64,000 nt of DNA, from assembly GCA_021781955.1 (NCBI GenBank), contig JAJXVV010000001.1, positions 95,519-159,518 of the forward strand, in the 5' to 3' direction. The notes beneath the pieces are model-generated. The model was not told the DNA's origin. It did not search any database and saw nothing but the letters and a program-made list of their open reading frames with translations. Source of the stretch: a bacterium. Its GTDB lineage: Bacteria > Patescibacteriota > Minisyncoccia > Phycocordibacterales > UBA2100. Positions 57,894 to 64,000 of the stretch are shown piece after piece (the stretch's first letter is position 1; each line of letters starts with the position of its first letter). Made by a program: the position numbers and the translations under genes.

Positions 57894-60716
57894 ATGTCGG
57901 ATACACCGCATTCGCATACAGCCCCCGGCTCTGGTCCCGTAAAGAGCGAGGTCGCGCTGCGCGAAGAAGCGATACAGACTTTCTGGCGGGAACGCGGCAT
58001 TTTCCAAAAAACGCTCGAGAAAAAGAGCCAGAAGGGCGAGTTCGTTTTCTACGAGGGTCCGCCGACCGCCAACGGTCGCCCTGGCATCCACCACCTCGAG
58101 AGCCGAGCGTTCAAGGACGCCATCCTCCGCTATCGCGTCATGTGCGGCTACCATGCGCGCCGCAAGGGCGGCTGGGACACGCACGGGCTGCCCGTCGAGC
58201 TCGAAGTCGAGAAAGAGATCGGCAGCAAAAGCAAAAAAGACATCGAAGCGTACGGCATCGCCAAGTTCAACGCCAAGTGCAAGGAGAGCGTGCTGCGCTA
58301 CATCGACGAGTGGCAGACGTTCTCCGATCGCATCGCGTTCTGGAATCACGACGCGTATTTCACGTTCGACAATGACTACATTGAATCGGTGTGGAATATT
58401 CTGAAGACCGCGCACAGTCGCTCGCTCATCGAGAAGGACTACAAGGTCGTGCCGTGGTGCCCGCGCTGCGGGACCGCTCTCTCTTCGCACGAGGTCGCGC
58501 AGGGATACGCCGAGGCGAAGGACCCGGCTGTGTACGTGAAGTTCAAGGTCGCCGACAAGTCCGACGAGTACATCCTCGCGTGGACGACGACGCCGTGGAC
58601 CTTGCCGGGCAACGTCGCGCTCGCGGTCGGCGCGGACATCGAGTACGTAAAAGTGCGCGAAGGCCGCGACATGCTCTGGCTCGCCAAAGCGCGGCTCGCG
58701 GCGGTCTTGCCCGATGCGCGCGTCATTGCCGAGAAGAAGGGGAGCGAGCTCGTGGGCATGGCGTACGAACCGCTCTACCCCTTCCTCAGGGACACGGCGC
58801 CCGCGTCGCAGCGTACCGCGTTCGAGAAGGCGTATCAGGTGTATGCGGCCGAATTCGTTTCCACTGAAGATGGGACGGGCATCGTGCACACCGCGGTCAT
58901 GTATGGGGCTGACGACTTCGAGCTTGGTTCGAGGCTCGGGCTTCCGAAGCACCACGTGGTCAACGAGGACGGCACGTTCTCGCACCATGCGGGCCCCTTT
59001 GCGGGGCTCTTCGTGAAGAAGGCCGACGGTCCGATCATGGAAGACCTTCGCGCGCGCGGTCTTCTCTACAAGCATGAAACGATCGAGCACACGTACCCCT
59101 TCTGTTGGCGCTGCAAGACGCCGCTCCTCTATTATGCGCGCGACTCGTGGTACATCCGCATGTCGTCGCTCAAACAAGACCTCATTCGCGAGAACCAAAA
59201 GATACATTGGGAACCGGAGCACATCCGCGACGGCCGTTTCGGCGAGTGGCTCAAAGACCTCAAGGATTGGGCGATATCGCGGAATCGTTACTGGGGTACG
59301 CCGCTGCCGTTTTGGGAGTGCGGGACCTGCAAGCAGTTCACCGTGCTCGGGAGCATGCAAGAGCTCAAGGAGCGATCGCGCGAGCGCGTGCCGGACAACC
59401 TCGATCTGCACCGACCCTTCGTCGACACGTACACCATTGATTGTGCGTGTGGCGGAGTCATGCGACGCGTGCCGGAGGTGCTCGACGTGTGGTTCGATTC
59501 CGGCGCGATGCCGTTCGCGCAGGACCACTATCCTTTTGCGACGAACGAGCCGCGCTACCCCGCCGATTACATCTGCGAAGCGATCGACCAGACCCGCGGC
59601 TGGTTCTACACGCTGCACGCGGTCGGCTGTCTCATGGGCCGCGGCCGCGCGTTCAACAACGCTATCTGTCTCGGCCACATCCTCGACTCGAAAGGCAAGA
59701 AGATGTCGAAGTCGATCGGCAACGTTGTTGTGCCGCAGGTCGCCATCGATAAGTACGGCGTCGACGCGCTGCGATACTTCATGTACACGGTCAACGCGCC
59801 GGGCGAGAGCAAGAATTTCGATGAGCGCCTGGTGGACGAGATCGTGAAGAAGCACCTCGGTCGTCTCAACAACGTGCTTTCGTTCCTCAAGCTCTACGAT
59901 GATGGCGCATCGCGCGGTGCCGCGAGCGCACACGTGCTCGATCGCTGGATACTCGCTCGGCTCGAAGAGCTGACGGAAGAAATGACCCGTAGCTTCGAGC
60001 GCTACCAGCTCGATGCCGCGATGCGGCCGCTCGCCGCGTTCATCGACGACCTGTCGGTGTGGTACCTGCGCCGCTCGCGCGATCGCTTCAAGGGAGAGGG
60101 GAGCGGCAAGCAAGCCGCGCTCGCGACGCTGCGCCATGTGCTCTACACTACCGCGCTCCTCATGGCGCCCGGGATGCCGTTCTACGCCGAACACCTCTTC
60201 CAGGCCGTCCGTGGCGCGGACGATGCGGAGAGCGTGCATCTTGCGGCATGGCCCGCTACTCGAAAAAAAAGCTCTTGGTTCGGGAAATTACTCGGGAAAA
60301 AAGATGACGTACTCACTGACATGAAAGCGGCTCGGCTTATCGTGACGCAGGCGCTCGAGGCGCGCGATAAGGCCGGTATTAAAGTGCGTCAGCCGCTCGC
60401 GCTCCTCACCGTTCCGGCGAGCTCGGCGCTTTCGCAGGAGTATCTCGATATCATCGCTGACGAGGTGAACGTGAAGAAAGTCGAGAAGAAAAGCGATGCG
60501 GTGGCGCTCGATACGAGCATGACCGAAGCGCTCAAAGCGGAAGGCGTCGTGCGCGATTTCGTGCGCGAGGTGCAGGCGTACCGCAAGGCGCAGAAATTGA
60601 AGCCCGGCGAGCCGACGATCTACGAGGCGAGCGTTTCGCCCGAAAAGCGCGCGGTCATCGAGCGGGAGCTCGACGCTATCCAAAAGGCCACGCACACGAC
60701 CATCGAACTTACCTAG
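57894..60716 (+). CDS. ileS: Isoleucine--tRNA ligase, type 2
   Basis: FYEGPPTANGRPGIHH, GWDTHGLPVE, WTTTPWTLP, DW.ISRNRYWGTP, DQTRGWF, KMSKS; no C-terminal Zn motif. Confidence 0.96.
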   Translation: MSDTPHSHTAPGSGPVKSEVALREEAIQTFWRERGIFQKTLEKKSQKGEFVFYEGPPTANGRPGIHHLESRAFKDAILRYRVMCGYHARRKGGWDTHGLPVELEVEKEIGSKSKKDIEAYGIAKFNAKCKESVLRYIDEWQTFSDRIAFWNHDAYFTFDNDYIESVWNILKTAHSRSLIEKDYKVVPWCPRCGTALSSHEVAQGYAEAKDPAVYVKFKVADKSDEYILAWTTTPWTLPGNVALAVGADIEYVKVREGRDMLWLAKARLAAVLPDARVIAEKKGSELVGMAYEPLYPFLRDTAPASQRTAFEKAYQVYAAEFVSTEDGTGIVHTAVMYGADDFELGSRLGLPKHHVVNEDGTFSHHAGPFAGLFVKKADGPIMEDLRARGLLYKHETIEHTYPFCWRCKTPLLYYARDSWYIRMSSLKQDLIRENQKIHWEPEHIRDGRFGEWLKDLKDWAISRNRYWGTPLPFWECGTCKQFTVLGSMQELKERSRERVPDNLDLHRPFVDTYTIDCACGGVMRRVPEVLDVWFDSGAMPFAQDHYPFATNEPRYPADYICEAIDQTRGWFYTLHAVGCLMGRGRAFNNAICLGHILDSKGKKMSKSIGNVVVPQVAIDKYGVDALRYFMYTVNAPGESKNFDERLVDEIVKKHLGRLNNVLSFLKLYDDGASRGAASAHVLDRWILARLEELTEEMTRSFERYQLDAAMRPLAAFIDDLSVWYLRRSRDRFKGEGSGKQAALATLRHVLYTTALLMAPGMPFYAEHLFQAVRGADDAESVHLAAWPATRKKSSWFGKLLGKKDDVLTDMKAARLIVTQALEARDKAGIKVRQPLALLTVPASSALSQEYLDIIADEVNVKKVEKKSDAVALDTSMTEALKAEGVVRDFVREVQAYRKAQKLKPGEPTIYEASVSPEKRAVIERELDAIQKATHTTIELT

Positions 60717-60719
60717 TGC

Positions 60720-61295
60720 ATGTACCAGAAGTACCAAACCGAGGCGCTGGTCTTGGGAAGCCGCGAGCGAGGCGAAGCGGATCGCGTGTACACGCTCTAC
60801 ACGCAGGATTTCGGACTCGTACGTGCCCGCGCGAGCGCGGTGAGGCGCGAATCTTCGAAGATGCGGTACGCGCTTCAGCACTGCTCGCGCGCCATGGTGG
60901 CGCTCGTAAAAGGGAAGCACGGCTGGCGCGCGGCGGGCGCGAGCGCCGCCGCAACGCTTGGCGGCGGCGATGCCGGCACTGCCGCGTTCGCGCGCATCGC
61001 ATCGCTGGCGCTCCGCCTCGTGCAGGGGACCGAGCGCAACGACTACCTCTTTGCCGCGCTTTCCGAGGCGCACGAAGCGCTGCGCACGGCGGGGGACCAG
61101 TCGATTGCCGGCACGATAGAGGTCGTGTGCGTCGCGCGCGTGCTCTACGCGCTCGGATACCTATCCACGGAAGCGCTCTCCACCGCGCTCTTTACCCACA
61201 CCGCTTACACCGGGGAGTCGCTCCTCGAGGCGGAGACGCTCAAGGACAAGTTGCTCGTATCCATCAACAAGGCGATTGCGGAAACGCAACTCTAA
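60720..61295 (+). CDS. recO: RecO-like DNA repair protein, short
   Basis: TEALVL....GEADR...LYT.DFG...A.A..VR...SK; LGY. Confidence 0.8.
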   Translation: MYQKYQTEALVLGSRERGEADRVYTLYTQDFGLVRARASAVRRESSKMRYALQHCSRAMVALVKGKHGWRAAGASAAATLGGGDAGTAAFARIASLALRLVQGTERNDYLFAALSEAHEALRTAGDQSIAGTIEVVCVARVLYALGYLSTEALSTALFTHTAYTGESLLEAETLKDKLLVSINKAIAETQL

Positions 61296-61309
61296 GGTAG
61301 GCTGATAGC

Positions 61310-61744
61310 ATGGTCACCGTCGGACGGATCACGACGCCGCAGGGCATCGCTCTTGAGGATATCGCCGCGCTCCTCTCGCAACTGAGGCGCTCGCCGGGCG
61401 ATTGGAACGGCACCAAAGAGGATGTAGAACGCGCGATTAACGACACGCGCACTATTTTTATCGTTGCGCGTGACGGAAGCAAGGTCGTCGGCATGGGCAT
61501 GGTATTTATGGCGCCAAAATTCGGTGAAGCTCTTGGGTTTGTCGAAAATATCGTGGTGCTCGATTCGTACCGGAGCAAAGGCCTGGGGCGCACGATCATG
61601 GAACTGGTGATCGACGAATCCCGGAAGGCTGGCGTCACCAGGCTCGACCTTACCAGTAATCCGAGCCGCGTCGCCGCGAATGCGTTGTACCAGAGTCTGG
61701 GTTTTGAGAAACGGGATACCAACGTCTATCTTTTACACGTGTAA
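61310..61744 (+). CDS. GNAT acetyltransferase
   Basis: VENIVV..YRSKGLG, LTSNPSR.AAN.LYQSLGF. Confidence 0.9.
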   Translation: MVTVGRITTPQGIALEDIAALLSQLRRSPGDWNGTKEDVERAINDTRTIFIVARDGSKVVGMGMVFMAPKFGEALGFVENIVVLDSYRSKGLGRTIMELVIDESRKAGVTRLDLTSNPSRVAANALYQSLGFEKRDTNVYLLHV

Positions 61745-61764
61745 GCAGTGGTAGAATTACGGCC

Positions 61765-63747
61765 ATGGAAGGCTCCGAGCATGATGCGGAGAAGATAGAG
61801 CGTCTGCGCCGCGCGATGTACTCGCGCGCCCTCTCAGAGAATCTCCAAGACAAGCCGCGGCGCGAGCTCGATGCCGAGGGCGCTCAGGTGCCGGAGGATT
61901 TCGTACGAGAGGCGGATGCGGGTTCGCCGCAAACTATCGTCGCGCCGCGCGCGATCGGCATCGTGCGTGCGGCGCTCTGGTGGCTGCTCGCGGCAGCGCT
62001 CGTGTTCTTCTTGGCCTCGCTCGCGTTCTTCGGGTACTACTTTTTCTTCGGTCCGGGGAGTGGCGACGCCTCGTCGTCCAATATCGATATCGCCATTTCT
62101 GGCCCGCCGCAGGTAGAGGGAGGCGCGCCCGCCGAGTTCCAGATATCGGTCGGCAATCGGAACAAGGTGCCCATCGAACTCGCCGACCTTGTCATTACGT
62201 ACCCAGACGGCACGCGCTCGCCAGCCGACTACGTAACGTCGCTCACGAATCAGCGCATCCCGCTCGGCACGATCGAGAGCGGCGGCGTGCGACAGGGGAC
62301 CGTCTCTGCAGTGCTTTCCGGCACTGCGGGGCAGACCGCCGATATCAAGGTCGAACTCGACTACCACATCGGCGGTTCGAGCGCGATATTCACTGCCAAT
62401 ACCGATTACACGGTGACCTTCAGTTCGGCGCCGCTCGGCATCTCCGTCGACGGCAACTCGGAAGCGATATCCGGCCAGCCGGTGCAACTCGCGGTGACGG
62501 TATCTTCCAACACCGACGCGCCGGTCAAGGACGTGCTTTTGAGCGCGACGTATCCATTCGGCTTCAAGTTCAACTCCTCGGTGCCCGCGCCGACGCAGAA
62601 CGGCATCTGGGCGATCGGCGACCTCAACCCCGGCGACAAAAAGATCGTGACCATCAACGGCACGCTCACCGGCACGAAAGGCGACCAGCGCGTCTTTCGC
62701 TTCGACGCCGGCACGCGGGTCGACTCCGCTTCTTCCACGATCAGCACGCAGCTCGCCGATCTTGCGTACACGACGACCATTACGCAGCCGTTCCTCGATC
62801 TCACGAGCGTGGTCAACGGTTCTCCGGGCACCGTCGTTCTCTCGCCAGGCGATAGCGTGACCGTCACGATCGGTTGGCAGAATAACCTCTCGACCCCGAT
62901 CACGAGCGCCGCTATCGTCGCGCAGCTCACGGGTCTCCAAATTGACGGCACGACCGTGAAAGCGACCAATGGTTTCTACCGTTCGACACAAAATGTCGTC
63001 TTATGGGACAAGTCGACCGATCCGGACCTCGCGACCATCGCGCCCGGAGCGAAAGGCACCGTTTCGTTCTCGTTCCAGGTGCCGACGAGCGGTCAGCTCG
63101 CGTCGACAACGAGTCCGCATCTCGATATATCGGTGAATGTCGCGGGCAACCGCTTGTCGGAGAGCGGCGTACCCGAGAACCTGCAATCGGCAGTGAGCCA
63201 GGAGATCGCGATCGCGAGCGACCTGCAGCTCGCGGCGCAGGGTCTCTACTACACCAATCCGTTCGGCACGAGCGGTCCTATACCGCCCAAAGCCGGCAGC
63301 GAGACCAATTACGCGATACTCTTCACGCTCACCAACTCGACCAACCAGATAACCAACGGGCAGGTCACGGCCTCGTTGCCGCCCTATGTTCGTTGGGTCG
63401 GTATCTACAGTCCCAATACCGAGAAAGTATCCTTCGATCAGGTGCGCGGCACCGTGACGTGGGATCTTGGCACGATCAACCCCGGGGCGGGGCTCAATGG
63501 CACGCCGTCGCGTCAGATGGCGATAGACATAGGCTTTACGCCCTCAACGAGCCAGATCGGCCAGCAGCCACCGCTCCTGCAGCAGATCACGTTCACGGGC
63601 ATCGATAGCTCCACCGGCGCTGCCATCAAGCGCACGACATCATCGGACGTGACCACCAATCTCCTCCAGGTTGCGAAGACGAGCAACGCGGTCGTGGTCG
63701 GCACGGATACGGGCTTTTCGGCGGCTAATGCGGACGTGGTAAAGTAG
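61765..63747 (+). CDS. Membrane-anchored multi-Ig-like (DUF11-like) surface protein
   Basis: TM near N-terminus, repeated beta domains (W.IGDL.PG), [11 protein letters not shown]. Confidence 0.8.
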   Translation: MEGSEHDAEKIERLRRAMYSRALSENLQDKPRRELDAEGAQVPEDFVREADAGSPQTIVAPRAIGIVRAALWWLLAAALVFFLASLAFFGYYFFFGPGSGDASSSNIDIAISGPPQVEGGAPAEFQISVGNRNKVPIELADLVITYPDGTRSPADYVTSLTNQRIPLGTIESGGVRQGTVSAVLSGTAGQTADIKVELDYHIGGSSAIFTANTDYTVTFSSAPLGISVDGNSEAISGQPVQLAVTVSSNTDAPVKDVLLSATYPFGFKFNSSVPAPTQNGIWAIGDLNPGDKKIVTINGTLTGTKGDQRVFRFDAGTRVDSASSTISTQLADLAYTTTITQPFLDLTSVVNGSPGTVVLSPGDSVTVTIGWQNNLSTPITSAAIVAQLTGLQIDGTTVKATNGFYRSTQNVVLWDKSTDPDLATIAPGAKGTVSFSFQVPTSGQLASTTSPHLDISVNVAGNRLSESGVPENLQSAVSQEIAIASDLQLAAQGLYYTNPFGTSGPIPPKAGSETNYAILFTLTNSTNQITNGQVTASLPPYVRWVGIYSPNTEKVSFDQVRGTVTWDLGTINPGAGLNGTPSRQMAIDIGFTPSTSQIGQQPPLLQQITFTGIDSSTGAAIKRTTSSDVTTNLLQVAKTSNAVVVGTDTGFSAANADVVK

Positions 63748-63751
63748 CGCC

Positions 63752-64000
63752 ATGCCGGAGGACCGAATGGAGAAGATCGTCTCGCTCGCGAAGCGCCGCG
63801 GCTTTATCTACCCCGGCTCCGAGATCTACGGCGGCTTCTCGGGTTTTTGGGACTATGGTCCGTACGGCATCGAGCTCAAGAACAACATCAAGCAACTCTG
63901 GTGGCGAATGTTTGTGCAGGAGCGCGAAGACATGTGCGGCGTCGATGCGGCCATCATCATGAATCCGGAGGCGTGGAAGGCGAGCGGGCACGTTGCCGGT
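63752..64000 (+). CDS. glyQS: Glycine--tRNA ligase, alpha2 type (3'-truncated by window edge; not in ORF track)
   Basis: Manual translation [23 protein letters not shown]...[14 protein letters not shown]...WKASGHV. Confidence 0.95.
   Translation, partial: MPEDRMEKIVSLAKRRGFIYPGSEIYGGFSGFWDYGPYGIELKNNIKQLWWRMFVQEREDMCGVDAAIIMNPEAWKASGHVAG

Noticed and set aside
57432-60239. 935-aa minus-strand ORF, and similar long antisense ORFs over polA, the helicase and the GT2s
   Set aside because: Shadow frames of real genes in GC-rich DNA; no motifs, biased composition
61731-61746. parS-like palindromes (TTTTACACGTGTAAGC; also CACGTG near 9786 and 20298-20310)
   Set aside because: Too many mismatches to TGTTTCACGTGAAACA
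1-64000. Alternative genetic code (UGA recoding as in Gracilibacteria/Absconditabacteria)
   Set aside because: Conserved genes such as virB4, polA, ruvB, ruvA and pilM end at TGA at expected lengths

Overview
GC-rich bacterial chromosome window, standard code 11, spanning the replication origin (jag-yidC-rnpA-rpmH <- -> dnaA-oriC-dnaN). Gene content points to a Patescibacteria/CPR (Parcubacteria, Kaiserbacteria-like) genome; this is inferred from a VirB6/PrgI/VirB4/pilin T4SS-like cluster, type IV pilus genes, rplK without rplA, IleRS2, alpha2 GlyRS, shortened YebC/HolA/RecO and large Cys/Ser/Thr-rich secreted proteins. I annotate about 60 CDSs and 7 tRNAs; I see no rRNA, CRISPR array, transposase or integrase. 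Most notable unexplained signals: (1) four structured intergenic RNA candidates, two of them pseudoknotted (18.1-18.37 kb with RNase P-like motif order; 20.03-20.24 kb behind a near-consensus sigma70 promoter); (2) a TAnnnT box 6-8 nt upstream of ATG for about 20 genes, implying pervasive leaderless expression; (3) a split flavin-salvage cluster (riboflavin kinase, EamA transporter, RibL-type FAD synthase); (4) a sphingomyelin-synthase-like/DedA/GT2 lipid cluster; (5) paralogous secreted proteins, one with a Q/M/Y prion-like tract. All product calls come from motif recognition by eye; no searches were run.
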